Made by a program: the position numbers and the translations under genes. Shown here one piece after another: positions 20,597-31,807 of a stretch of DNA of 64,000 bases. Position 1 is the stretch's first letter; each line of letters begins with the position of its first letter. The DNA is from Candidatus Marinacidobacterium sp. (lineage in GTDB: Bacteria; Acidobacteriota; Vicinamibacteria; Marinacidobacterales; Marinacidobacteraceae), in contig OZ242011.1 of the NCBI GenBank assembly GCA_965204755.1, forward strand, positions 64,001 through 128,000. Direction: 5' to 3'. Below the pieces are notes generated by a model. That model was not told the DNA's origin. It saw only the letters and a list, made by a program, of their open reading frames with translations, and did not search any database.

Positions 20597-22662
20597 TCAC
20601 TCCGGACGGATCTCCGCGCTCCAGGTCTCCCCCTCGCCGCTTCGATATCGGCCGGTGCGCAAGCGGGCGATCCCGTAGTCCGGAAGCGGGACCGTCGCCA
20701 GGCAGGCGCGGCCCCCGTCTTCGAGTTCGAACAGGACGCCCCACCGGAGGAAGTCGAAGTCCAGGTTCTCGAAACGGTGCGGCGCGCGCTCCGCCGGGAG
20801 GACCCCCGGCGCCTCGGGATAGACATGCAGGAAGAAACGCCCCTCGCGCAGCGACTCCTCCCGGCAGGAGTCCCGCCGGTAGAACAGCATCGGCCCCTTC
20901 GCGGCCCACATCGAACCGCGGTCGAAATACAACTCGAAGTCCGCCTCCGCGTCGGGCTCCTTCGTTCGCAGGAACTCGTAGGCCTCCCGGTAGCGATGCG
21001 AAGGCGGCGCGTATCCCCGGTCCACGGCGAAGACCGCGCCGTCGGCGAACTCCGCGAGCGGGCGGAGACCCGGCGTGGCGAACATCGTGGCCGGGGGCCC
21101 GGCCCGGTGGCGGGGCCGCCGGAAGTCGGTGCTCCATACGAACCGGGCGCCCTCGGGAACCCGCTCCAGGAAGGCGGCGAGCCGTTCCTGCGGGAGATCG
21201 GCTCCCGCCTCCCTGCCGCCGACCCAAACCATGCGCGCCCCGCGAAGGTCCGGCCCCCGGCCGAGATTGGCGAAGACCGGCGACCACAGGTTGGTGTAGA
21301 CGCGGCGGGACTCCTCGTAGGCTTCGGCCCGGGCGAACTGCAAGGTCTCCGAACTCGCCCACGGCTCGCCTAAGTAGCCGTTGGCGAAGAGGACCTCCGC
21401 GGAGTTGGCCCGCAGGACCGCCCGCCGCTGGGGACCGATCTGCCCGATCGTCCACGCCGAGAGAAGCGCCGCCGCCGCGACGGCGCCGACGCGTTCGAAG
21501 AGTCTCCTGCCGCGCCCGGCCTCGAGGAGCGGGTCGAGCGCGGTGGCGAGAGCGAGGACGAGGGGCAGCCTGGCGGGAAACAGGTGCCGGGGCTCCACGC
21601 CGTCGAGGCTCTGCCCGAGCATCAACGCCGTGAAATAGAGACCGATGTACGCGAGCCCGAACCCGCCGAAGAGCAGCATCCAGCGCCCGCGCCCGGCCTG
21701 AGTTACGGCCGGGGACGAATGCGCGGCGCCGCGGGTCGCTCCGGTCCGGCGCCGAAGCAGGAGCGCCGCCGGCGGAAGGAGCGCCCCGAGGGCGAGCAGG
21801 GCGGCGGAACTGCCGTCGAATCGGGCCCAGGCGAAGACGGCGCTCCCGATGTCGCCCAGGATCACCGCGGCGTCGTAGTCCGGGTCGCCGTGGCGTCCGG
21901 TCAGGACGCCGCTGACGAAGTAGTTCCGGGCGAACCAGACGGCGTTCGGCAGGCCGGCGATCGCGGTGTAGGCCGCCGCGTTCCGGAGTTTCTCCCGGCC
22001 CCGCGCCCCCCGGCGCAACAGGAGGATCGCGCCGGCGAAGACCAGCAGGACGACGCCGAAGTACCGGGTCGAAAACGCCAGACCGGCGAATACCGCGGAC
22101 CACGCCAGGCAGGCGCGCTTCCCCTCCTCCAGGAACCGGCCCAGCAGGATCAGGGCGAGCAGCGTGAACAGCGCGAAGGGCGGCTCCGAGACCCCGCGCC
22201 AGGCCCACTCGGCGAACGGAAGGGACAGCGCCGCCGCGACCGGCGTCCACAGCCGCAGGAACCTCGACCGCAAATGACGCCCCGCGTACCGGCCGACGAC
22301 GAAGACGGCGAGCGCGAAGAGGGCGGCGCCCGGCAGGTGGATCCCGGAGAGCGGGTCCAGTCCCAGAAGACGCGCCGCGGCCAGGAGGAGCGGATAGAGC
22401 GGAGGCCAGGACACATACGGCGTGACTCCTCGCGAGGAGTGCCCTCTCGTGAAACCTTCGCCGTCCAGCAGGTTGTCGGCGACGCGGAGGTAATCGACCG
22501 ATTTGAGGTCCAGCCCCGGCCCCCAGGTCGCGCCCCTCGCCAGCACCAGCGCGAAAGCGAGCGCGGCCGCCGCGACGACGAACACGCCGTACCGACCCGA
22601 CGGGGATCGGTTCCCGCGAGCCGGGGAGCCCCCCCCCCCCCCCCCCTACGGACTATTTTCAC
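20597..22662 (-). CDS. GT-C-like membrane protein + two-Cys domain, tandem copy A; G18 tract near the start is out of frame
   Basis: Body is ORF 20597..22585. The paralog-equivalent start GTG AAA ATA GTC at 22662 (GTGA-coupled to the upstream stop) is separated from the body by G18; G16 or G19 would be in frame. Confidence 0.8.
22629..22646 (-). repeat. Poly-G tract (G18 on coding strand)
   Basis: Counted in sequence. Confidence 0.9.
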
Positions 22663-24748
22663 GAGCCGCTGCGGGGGCGGATCTCCGCGCTCCAGATCTC
22701 CCCCTCGCCGCTTCGGTATTGGCCGGTGCGCACGCGGGCGATCCCGTAGTCCGGAAGCGGGACCATCGCCAGACAGGCGCGCCTCCCGCCGGGGAGTTCG
22801 AACAGGACGCCCCACCGGAGGAAGTCGAAGTCCAGGTTCTCGAAACGGTGTGGCGCGCGCTTCCCCGGGAGGACCCCCGACGCCTCGGGATAGACATGCA
22901 GGAAGAAACGCTCCTCGCGCAGCGACTCTTCCCGGCAGGAGGCCCGCCGGTAGAACAGCGTCGGCCCCTTCGCGGCGGAAGCGGAACCGCGGTCGAGATA
23001 CAACTCGAAGTCCGCCTCCGCGTCGGGCTCCTTCGTTCGCAGGAACTCGTACGCCTCCCGGTAGCGATGGGAAGGAGGCGCGTATCCCCGGTCCACGGCG
23101 AAGACCGCGCCGTCGGCGAACTCCGCCAGCGGGCGGAGACCGGACGTGGCGAACAACAGGGCCGGAGGTCGGTCCCGGTAGTCCGGCTGCCGGAAATTCG
23201 TGCTCCACACGAACCGGGCGCCCTCGGGTACTCCTTCCAGGAAGGCGGCGAGCCGTTCCTGCGGGAGATCGGCTCCCGCCTCCCTGCCGCCGACCCAAAC
23301 CATGCGCGCCCCGCGAAGGTCCGGCCCCCAGCCGAGATTGGCGAAGACCGGCGACCACAGGTTGGTGTAGACGCGGCGGGACTCCTCGTAGGCCTCGGCC
23401 CGGGCGAACCGCAAGGTCTCCGAACTCGCCCACGGCTCGCCGAGGTAGCCGTTGGCGAAGAGGACCTCCGCGGAGTTGGCCCGCAGGACCGCCCGCCGCT
23501 GGAGACCGATCTGTCCGGCCGTCCACGCCGAAAGAAGCGCCGCCGCCGCGACGGCGCCGACGCGCTCGAAGAGTCTCCGGCCGCGCCCGGCTTCGAGGAG
23601 CGGGTCGAGCGCCGTCGCGAGAGCGAGGACGAGGGGCAGTCTGGCGGGGAACAGGTGCCGGGGCTCCACGCCGTCGAGGCTCTGGCCGAGCATCAACGCC
23701 GTGAAATAGAGACCGATGTACGCGAGCCCGAACCCGCCGAAGAGCAGCATCCAGCGCCTGCGCCCGGCCTGGGTTGCGGCCGGGGACGAAAGCGCGGCGC
23801 CGTGAGTCGCTCCGGTCCGGCGCCGAAGCAGGAGCGCCGCCGGCGGAAGGAGCGCCCCGAGGGCGAGCAGGGCGGCGGAACTGCCGTCGAATCGGGCCCA
23901 GGCGAAGACGGCGCTCCCGATGTCGCCCAGGATCACCGCGGCGTCGTAGTCCGGGTCGCCGTGGCGTCCGGTCAGGACGCCGCTGACGAAGTAGTTCCGG
24001 GCGAACCAGACGGCGTTCGGCAGGCCGGCGATCGCGGTGTAGGCCGCCGCGTTCCGGAGTTTCTCCCGGCCCCGCGCCCCCCGGCGCAACAGGAGGATCG
24101 CGCCGGCGAAGACCAGCAGGACGACGCCGAAGTACCGGGTCGAAAACGCCAGACCGGCGAACACCGCGGACCAGGCCAGGCAAGCGCCCCCCCCCCCCCC
24201 CCCCCCCTCCCCCCCTCCAGGAACCGGCCCAGCAGGACCAGGGCGAGGAGCGTGAACAGCGCGAAGGGCGGCTCCGAGACTCCGCGCCACGCCCACTCGG
24301 CGAACGGAAGGGACAGCGCCGCCGCGACCGGCGTCCACAGGCGGAGAAACCTCGACCGGAGATGGCGGCCCGCGTACCGGCCGACGACGAAGACGGTGAG
24401 CGCGAAGAGCGCGGCGCCCGGCAGGTGGATCCCGGAGAGGGGGTCCAGTCCCGTAAGACGCGCCGCGGCCAGGAGGAGCGGATAGAGCGGGGGCCAGGAC
24501 ACATAGGGCGCGACTCCTTGCGAGGAGCGCCCTCTCGCGAAGCCTTCGCCGTCGAGCAGGTTGTCGGCGACGCGGAGGTAATCGACCGATTTGAGGTCCA
24601 GCCCCGGCCCGTAGGTCGCGCCCCTCGCCAGCACCAGCGCGAAAGCGAGCGCGGCCGCCGCGACGACGAACACGCCGTATCGACCCGGCAGGGATCGGTT
24701 CCGGCGAGGCGGGGACGCCCCCTCCCCCCGACGAAACCGCGAGGTCAT
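22659..24748 (-). CDS. GT-C-like membrane protein + two-Cys domain, tandem copy B, frameshifted at G7-A-G21
   Basis: N-terminus is in ORF 23972..24748 and C-terminus in ORF 22659..24791. The junction is at 24187-24215, where paralogs read LEEGKRACLAW. Confidence 0.8.
24187..24215 (-). repeat. Poly-G tract (G7-A-G21 on coding strand)
   Basis: Counted in sequence. Confidence 0.9.
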
Positions 24749-24923
24749 CCGCGCGCCCGATCCTCTTCCACGGCGCCCGCAATTCCATCACGAACCACGA
24801 GATCGGGAGTCGCGGGCCTCCTCCGGCTCGCGGAGGGAGTGACAGGGCCTCGAGTACTCCCGCGACGCCTCCGCGGCCCCCCGGCGCGCCCCTCCGAACT
24901 TACTCCACCGGCCGCCATCTATC

Positions 24924-24980
24924 GCGGGGAGGGGGCCACCCCCTCCCCGCACCCCTCCCCGGTCGGCGCTTCGCGCCGAC
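24924..24980. terminator. Two adjacent GC-rich hairpins downstream of the gene ending at 25011
   Basis: GCGGGGAGGGGG-CCA-CCCCCTCCCCGC (12-bp stem) and GTCGGCGC-TTC-GCGCCGAC (8-bp stem); no U-tract. Confidence 0.4.
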
Positions 24981-25010
24981 GAGGGCTTCCCGGACTTTCT
25001 CCACGGGCTG

Positions 25011-27094
25011 CTAAGGGCGGATCTCCGCGCTCCAGGTCTCCCCCTCGCCGCTTCGGTATCGGCCGGTGCGCACGCGGGCGATCCCGTAGTCCGGAAGCGG
25101 GACCGTCGCCAGGCAGGCGCGCCCCCCGCCTTCGAGTTCGAACAGGACGCCCCACCGGAAGAAGTCGAAGTCCAGGTTCTCGAAACGGTGCGGCGCGCGC
25201 TCCGCCGGGAGGACCCCCGGCGCCTCGGGATAGACATGCAGGAAGAAACGCTCCTCGCGCAGCGACTCTTCCCGGCAGGAGGCCCGCCGGTAGAACAGCA
25301 TCGGCCCCTTCGCGGCGGAAACGGAACCGCGGTCGAAGTACACCTCGAAGTCCGCCTCCGCGTCCGGCTCCTTCGTTCGCAGGAACTCGTAGGCCTCCCG
25401 GTAGCGATGCGAAGGCGGCGCGTATCCCTGGTCCACGGCGAAGACCGCGCCGTCGGCGAACTCCGCCAGCGGACGGAGACCGGGCGTGGCGAACAACACC
25501 GCCGGGGGCCCGGCCCGGTAACGGGGCCGCAGGAAGTCCGTGCTCCACATCAGCCGGGCGCCCTCGGGTACTCCTTCCAGGAAGGCGGCGAGCCGTTCCT
25601 GCGGGAGATCGTCTCCCGGCGCCTCTCGACCGACCCAAACCCCGCGGATCGCGCGAAGGTCCGGCCCCCCGCCGAGATGGGCCAGGACCGGCGTCCACAA
25701 GTTGGTGTAGACGCGGCGGGACTCCCCGTAAGAGTCGGCCCGGGCGAACCGCAAGGTCTCCGAACTCGCCCACGGCTCGCCGAGGTAGCCGTTGGTGAAG
25801 AGGACCTCCGCGGAGTTGGCCCGCGCGACCGCCCGCCGCTGGAGACCGACTTGCCCGACCGCCCACGCCGAGAGGAGCGCCGCCATCGCGACGGCGCCGA
25901 CGCGCGCGAAGAGTCTCCTGCCGCTCCCGACTTCGAGCAGCGGGTCGAGCGCGGTCGCGAGAGCGAGGACGAGGGGCAACCTGGCGGGAAACAGGTGCCG
26001 GGGTTCGACGCCGTGCTCGATCTGGCCGAGCATCAACGCCGCGAAATAGAAACCGATGAACGCGACCGCGAAGCCGCCGAAGAGAAGCCCCGCCGCGCCG
26101 GTTTCCTCGGGGACGCGAGGCCGATGCCCCGAAGCCCCCCCCCCCCCCCCCCCAATCCGCCGAGGCCGAGGGCTCGGCGGCCGGCGCCCGTCCGGGTCGA
26201 ACGCAGGAGCGCCGCCAACGGAAGCAGGGCCCCGAGGGCGAGCAGCGCGCCGGAACTGGCGTCGAATCGAGCCCAGGAGAGGATCGCGCTCCCGATGTCG
26301 CTCAAGATCTCGGCGGCGGCGTAGTCCGTAGAGGGAGGGCGCCCGGCCCAACTGCCGCTGACGAAGTAGTTCCTCGCGAACCAGGGGAGCATCGGCAGAC
26401 CGGCGATCGCGGTGTAGGCCGCCGCGTTCCGGAGTTTCTCCCGGCCCCGCGCCCCCCGGCGCATCAGGAGAAGCGCGCCGGCGAGGAGCAACAGGACCGC
26501 GCCGACGAACCGGGTCGAAAACGCCAAACCGGCGAAGACCGCGGACCACGCCAGGCAAGCGCGCTTCCCCTCCTCCAGGAACCGGTCCAGCAGGATCAGG
26601 GCGAGGAGCGTGAACAGTACGAAGAACGGCTCCGAGAGCCCGCGCCACGCCCATTCGGCGAACGGAAGGGACAGCGCCGCCGCCACCGGCGTCCACAGGC
26701 GGAGGAAACTCGACCGGAGATGACGCGCCGCGTACCGGCCGACGACGAAGACGGTGAGCGCGAAGAAGACGGCCCCCACCAGGTGGATCCCGGAGAAGAG
26801 ATCGAGTCCGCCGAGCCGCGCCGCCGAAAGGAGGAGCGGATAGAACGGAGGGCCGGCATAGGTCTGGACTCTTCGCGAAGAGGGCCAATGCGTGAAGCCT
26901 TCGCCGTCCAGCAGGTTGTCGGTGACGCGGAGGTAGTTGACCGAGTGGATGTCCAGCGCCGGCCCGTAGGTGGCGCTCCTCGCCAGCACGAGCGCGAACG
27001 CGAGCGCGGCCAGGGCGACGACGAACGCGCCGTACGGACTCGACGGAAACCGGTTGCGGCGAGGCCCGGACGCCCCCCTCCGGACTATCTCCAC
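25011..27094 (-). CDS. GT-C-like membrane protein + two-Cys domain, tandem copy C, frameshifted at G19
   Basis: N-terminus is in ORF 26033..27094 and C-terminus in the frame of 25011..27974; the switch is at 26135-26153. Confidence 0.8.
26135..26153 (-). repeat. Poly-G tract (G19 on coding strand)
   Basis: Counted in sequence. Confidence 0.9.
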
Positions 27095-27100
27095 AAGCGG

Positions 27101-29179
27101 CTAAGGGTGGATCTCCGCGCTCCAGGTCTCGCCGTCGCCGCTTCGGTATTGGCCGGTGCGCACGCGGGCGATGCCGTAGTCCGGAAGCGGGACCATCGCC
27201 AGGCAGGCGCGACCGCCGCCTGCGAGTTCGAACCGGACGCCCCACCGGAAGAAGTCGAAGTCCAGGTTCTCGAAACCGCGCGGCGCGCGTTCCGCCGGGA
27301 GGGCCCCCGGCGCCTCGGGATAGACATGCAGGAAAAACCGATCGCGCAGCGACTCTTCCGGGCAGGAGGCCCGTCGGTAGAACAGCATCGGCCCCTTCGC
27401 GGCGGAAACGGAACCGCGGTCGAAAACCACCTCGAAGTCCGCCTCGAAGTCCGCCTCCAAGTCCGCCTCCGGGGCCGGCTCCTTCGTTCCCAGGAACTCG
27501 TACGCCTCCCGGTAGCGATGCGAAGGAGGCGCGTATCCCCGATCCACCGCGAAGACCGCGCCGTCGGCGAACTCCGCCAGCGGGCGGAGCCCGGGCGTGG
27601 CGAACAACACCGCCGGGGGCCCGTCCCGGTATCGGGGCTGCAGGAAGTCCGTGCTCCACACCACCCGGGCGCCCTCGGGAATCCCCTCCAGGAGGGCGGC
27701 GAGCCGTTCCTGCGCCAAGTCGCTTCCCGGCGCCTCCGCGGGGAACCAGCGCCCCATCGCGCGAAGGTCCGGCCGCCCGCCGAGATGGGGATAGACCGGC
27801 ATCCACAGGTTGGTGTAGACGCGGTCCGACTCCCCGTAAGCGCCGGCCCGGAGGAACCGCATCGTTTCCGAACTCGCCCACGGTTCGCCCAGGTAGCCGT
27901 TGGCGAAGAGGACCTCCGCGGAGTTGGCCCGCGCGATCGCCGCCCGCTGGAAACCGACTTGGCCCGCCGCCCATACCGAAAGGATCACCGCCGCCCCGAC
28001 GGCGCCGACGCGTTCGAAGAGCCTCCGGCCGCTCCCGCCTTCGAGCAGCGGGTCGAGCGCCGTCGCGAGAGCGAGGACGAGGGGCAGTCTGGCGGGAAAC
28101 AGGTGCCGGGGTTCCACGCCGTCCGCGCTCTGCTCGAGCATCAACGCCGCGAAATAGAAACCGATATACGCGAGCGCGAAGCCGCCGAAGACCGCCGCCC
28201 GGCGCCTACGCCCGGACGGAGCGGCGGCCGGGGACGAAGGGCCGGCGCCGCGCGCCGCCCCCGCCCGGATCGGAAGCAGGAGCGCCGCCAACGGAAGCAG
28301 CGCCCCGAGGGCGAGCAGCGCGCCGGAACCGCTGTCGAATCGAAACCAGGCGAAGACCGCGCTCCCGATGTCGCTCAAGATCTCGGCGGACTCGTAGTCC
28401 GGCGCCCGATAGCGTCGCGTCAGGGCGCCGGTGACGAAGTAGTTCCGGGCGAACCAGAGGGTCATCGGCAAACCGGCGATCGCGATGTAGGCCGCCGCGT
28501 TCCGGAGTCCCTCCCGGCCCCGCGCCCCCCGGCGCAGCAGGAGGAGCGCGCCGGCGAAGATCAACAGGACGGCACCGAAGTACCGGGTCGAAAACGCCAG
28601 CCCGGCGAACACCGCGGACCACGCCAGGCAAGCGCGCTTCCCGTCCTCCACAAACCTGCCCAGCAGGATCAGGGCGAGGAGCGTGAACAGTACGAAGGGC
28701 GGCTCCGAAACCCCGCGCCACGCCCATTCGGCGAACGGAAGGGACAGCGCCGCCGCGACCGGCGTCCACACTCGAAGGAACCGCGACCGGAGATGACGCC
28801 CCGCGTACCCTCCGACGACGAAGACGGTGAGCGCGAAGAAGGCGGCGCCCGACAGGTGGATACCGGAAAGGAGTTCGAGCCCGAGAAGATGCGCGGCGGC
28901 CAGGAGGAGCGGATAGAGCGGCGGCCAGGACACATACGGTTCGGCGCCTCGCGCGGAGTGCCGGCGCGTGAAGCCTTCGCCGTCCAACAAGTTGTCGGCG
29001 ACGCGGATGTAGTTGACCGAGTCGGTGTCGAGCGCCGGCCCGTAGGTCGCGCCCCTCGCCACCACCAGCGCGAAGGCGAGCGCGGCCAGGGCGGCGGCGA
29101 ACACGCCGTACCGGCCCCGCCCGTACCGGTCGGGGCGAAGCGGGGACGCTCCCCGGTCTTCGACGGACGAGCGAACCAC
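27101..29179 (-). CDS. GT-C-like membrane protein + two-Cys domain, tandem copy D (intact)
   Basis: DTDSVNYIRVADNLLDGEGF, WPPLYP, SEPPF, STRYFG, EPRHLFP; 692 aa. Confidence 0.85.
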   Translation of the reverse strand: MVRSSVEDRGASPLRPDRYGRGRYGVFAAALAALAFALVVARGATYGPALDTDSVNYIRVADNLLDGEGFTRRHSARGAEPYVSWPPLYPLLLAAAHLLGLELLSGIHLSGAAFFALTVFVVGGYAGRHLRSRFLRVWTPVAAALSLPFAEWAWRGVSEPPFVLFTLLALILLGRFVEDGKRACLAWSAVFAGLAFSTRYFGAVLLIFAGALLLLRRGARGREGLRNAAAYIAIAGLPMTLWFARNYFVTGALTRRYRAPDYESAEILSDIGSAVFAWFRFDSGSGALLALGALLPLAALLLPIRAGAARGAGPSSPAAAPSGRRRRAAVFGGFALAYIGFYFAALMLEQSADGVEPRHLFPARLPLVLALATALDPLLEGGSGRRLFERVGAVGAAVILSVWAAGQVGFQRAAIARANSAEVLFANGYLGEPWASSETMRFLRAGAYGESDRVYTNLWMPVYPHLGGRPDLRAMGRWFPAEAPGSDLAQERLAALLEGIPEGARVVWSTDFLQPRYRDGPPAVLFATPGLRPLAEFADGAVFAVDRGYAPPSHRYREAYEFLGTKEPAPEADLEADFEADFEVVFDRGSVSAAKGPMLFYRRASCPEESLRDRFFLHVYPEAPGALPAERAPRGFENLDFDFFRWGVRFELAGGGRACLAMVPLPDYGIARVRTGQYRSGDGETWSAEIHP

Positions 29180-29180
29180 G

Positions 29181-30473
29181 CTACGGCGAGTCGCCCGCCC
29201 CCGCCGGCTCGCAGAGGTATGGGCGGGACTTCAAGTATTCCCACAGCGCCTCCGCCACCCACCGATGCCCTTGCGGGGTCCAGTGCTCGTCGCGCCGAAA
29301 GCCGGCGTCACGCGGGTCTCCTCCTGCGGAGTCGATGATGTACCGGTATTGGTCGACGACCGGTATCCCGCGCTCTTCCGCCAAGGTCCTCATCGCGTAC
29401 TCCCGCGCGAGTCCGAAGTAGGTGTTCAGGAAGAGCACCAGGCGCGACCCGTCCCGAGCCGCGCGCGCCGAGAACTCGTCCAGCGCGAAAGCCGTCAGTT
29501 CGAGGGCCTCCGCGTAGGCGGGCGCCAGTCCGCTTCCCGCCCGCCGGGCGCTGACGAGTCCGTACTTGACGAGAGTGTCCCCCAGGTCCATACCCGGAAG
29601 CCTCCAACCGGACAGCGACGCGGTCCCTTCGGAGAGCCGGCGCCAACGGTCGCGCCTCTCCCATCGGTCCTGGTGCTCCCGGAGGTCGTTCGCGATCCGG
29701 TTCCTCCACAGGAGATTCCACAGGAAGGTTCCGGTAACTCCCCTCGACCATCGCCTCGATGCGTCGAGCCGCGCCCGCACCGCCGGCGAGGCCCCGTCGG
29801 GAAGCCGCAGTTCGATCCGTCCGTCGGCGCCTCGTTCGGCCATCGCATGCCACGCGGTGCGCAGCGCGCCCGAGGAAACCTCGGTCAGGACCCCGGAGTT
29901 GCCGGAATAGTCGTTCGGAGTGGCCATCAGCACGAGCACCTTCGGCCGCATGGGTCGGGCGTAAGTGTCGTAGAGGGGAATCTGGGAGGTTTGCGAGGTG
30001 GCGCTGATCCCGAACGCCGAGGTCGTGATGTCGAGGTCCGGCCGCGCCCGCGCCGCCAGGGCTTCGAGTTGGACCTGCGCCTTGTCCGGCGCCTCGACCT
30101 CCCGCGCTTCGACGAAGGAGTCCCCGACCAGCGCGATGTGGCAACTCGACGCGGCCCGTTCCGGGGACACCGGTTCCCGGTCGAGGAAGCCGAGGCGGTT
30201 CGTTCTCGAGATCGTCGAGAAGTCGAAGAGGTTCGTGTGCCGCACTTCCCCATGGGGTTCCAGCATGACGCCCACTCCCGGAACGAACCGCAGCGGATAC
30301 CGACTGGCCACGAACGGGTGCGACCGGCGCAACCACGCCTCGCCGGCGAGCGCGAGCGCGCACGCGCCGACGAGCGTGAACAACAGGTTCACGCCGAAGA
30401 CACGCAGGAATCGGCGGCCCGGTCCGCCGCGCGCTCGCGCCTCTTCGACGCGCCTTCGGGCCCGGCGGCGCAT
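29181..30473 (-). CDS. Membrane-anchored SGNH (AlgX/AlgJ-like) protein
   Basis: GDSFVEA, PNDYSGN, DEHWT. ATG 30473 lies just after the upstream stop. Confidence 0.8.
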   Translation of the reverse strand: MRRRARRRVEEARARGGPGRRFLRVFGVNLLFTLVGACALALAGEAWLRRSHPFVASRYPLRFVPGVGVMLEPHGEVRHTNLFDFSTISRTNRLGFLDREPVSPERAASSCHIALVGDSFVEAREVEAPDKAQVQLEALAARARPDLDITTSAFGISATSQTSQIPLYDTYARPMRPKVLVLMATPNDYSGNSGVLTEVSSGALRTAWHAMAERGADGRIELRLPDGASPAVRARLDASRRWSRGVTGTFLWNLLWRNRIANDLREHQDRWERRDRWRRLSEGTASLSGWRLPGMDLGDTLVKYGLVSARRAGSGLAPAYAEALELTAFALDEFSARAARDGSRLVLFLNTYFGLAREYAMRTLAEERGIPVVDQYRYIIDSAGGDPRDAGFRRDEHWTPQGHRWVAEALWEYLKSRPYLCEPAGAGDSP

Positions 30474-30475
30474 CT

Positions 30476-31795
30476 CTACGACGAATCGCCGACCTCCGCC
30501 GGCGCGCACGGCGACGGAAGTTCCTTCAGGTACTCCCAAAGCGCTTCCGCGGCCCACCGGTGCCCCCGCGGATGCCAATGCGAATCGCGCCTGAACGACG
30601 CATCATGCCAGTTCCCCTTCGCCTCACCGATGTGCCGGTACAGGTCCACGACCGGAATCCCGCGCTCTTCCGCCAAGTCCTTCATCGCCGTCTCCCGCGC
30701 GGCGCCGAAGTATTGGGACAGGAAGAGCACCAGGCGCGATCCGTCTCGAGCGGCGCGCGCGGCGAACTCGTCGAGCGCGAACGCCGTCAGTTCGAGGGCC
30801 TCGGCATACGCGGGCGCCGGTTCGCCTTCCGCCCGCCGGGCGTTGAGGAGACCGTACTTGACCGAGTCCCCGTACAGCCTCACCCCCGGAGGCCTCCAGC
30901 CGGACAGCGACTCCGTCTCGCCGGACAGACGCCGCCACCGTTCGCGCGCCCGCCATCCTTCCCTCGACTCCCGGAAACCCCGGGCGATCCGATCCCTCTC
31001 CAGGCGGCTCCACAGGAAGGAGGCGCGGCGCAGTCCCGTCTCGCGTCGGCGCGCCGCGCGCAACTGCTCCCGCACCGCCGGAGAGGCGCCGTCGGGGCGC
31101 CGGAGTCCGATCCGTCCGTCGGGCCCCCGGTCGGCCCTCGCATACGAATCGGCCAGCGGCGGAACGGTCGAGATCCCGGTCAGGACGCCCGAGTTGCCCA
31201 TGTAGTCGTTCGGCGTGGCCTGCAGCACGACCACTTTCGGCCGCAGGGGCCGGACGAAGGCATCGTAGATCGGGATCTGTTGGACTTGGGCGGTGGCGGT
31301 CAGCCCGAACGCCGAAACCGTGAGGTCGAGGTCCGGCCGCTCCCGCGCCGCCAGCGCCTCCAATCGGACCTGCGCCTTGTCGGCCATCACGACCTCCCGC
31401 GCCTCCACCATGGAGTCCCCGACCAGCGCGAGGTGGCAACCCGCGGCGGCCCGCCGCGGCGATATCGGCTCCCGGTCGAGGAAGCCGAGGCGGTTCGCCC
31501 GCGAGATCGTCCAGTAGTCGAAGAGGTTCGTGTGCCGCACCTCCCCGTGCGGCTCCAGCAGGAGGCCCGCTCCCGGAACGAACCGCAGCGGCAGCCGATT
31601 GGCGGCGAACGGAAGTGACCGGCGCAGCCACGCCTCGCCGGCGACGCCGACCGCGGATACGCCGACGAACGAGAGCAACAGGTTGACGCCGAGGACGCGC
31701 CGGAGTCGGCGGCGGGCGCCGGTGCGACCGAGCGGACGAGGGACAGCGGCGCACTCACCTTCGAGCCCCCCCCCCCCCCTACCAGTCAGCGCCAT
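30476..31795 (-). CDS. Membrane-anchored SGNH protein with in-frame G14 near the start
   Basis: GDSMVEA, PNDYMGN, DSHWH. Confidence 0.8.
   Translation of the reverse strand: MALTGRGGGGLEGECAAVPRPLGRTGARRRLRRVLGVNLLLSFVGVSAVGVAGEAWLRRSLPFAANRLPLRFVPGAGLLLEPHGEVRHTNLFDYWTISRANRLGFLDREPISPRRAAAGCHLALVGDSMVEAREVVMADKAQVRLEALAARERPDLDLTVSAFGLTATAQVQQIPIYDAFVRPLRPKVVVLQATPNDYMGNSGVLTGISTVPPLADSYARADRGPDGRIGLRRPDGASPAVREQLRAARRRETGLRRASFLWSRLERDRIARGFRESREGWRARERWRRLSGETESLSGWRPPGVRLYGDSVKYGLLNARRAEGEPAPAYAEALELTAFALDEFAARAARDGSRLVLFLSQYFGAARETAMKDLAEERGIPVVDLYRHIGEAKGNWHDASFRRDSHWHPRGHRWAAEALWEYLKELPSPCAPAEVGDSS
31766..31779 (-). repeat. Poly-G tract (G14 on coding strand, in frame)
   Basis: Counted in sequence; codons 6-10 from ATG 31795. 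Confidence 0.9.
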
Positions 31796-31807
31796 GCCCG
31801 GCGCCCG

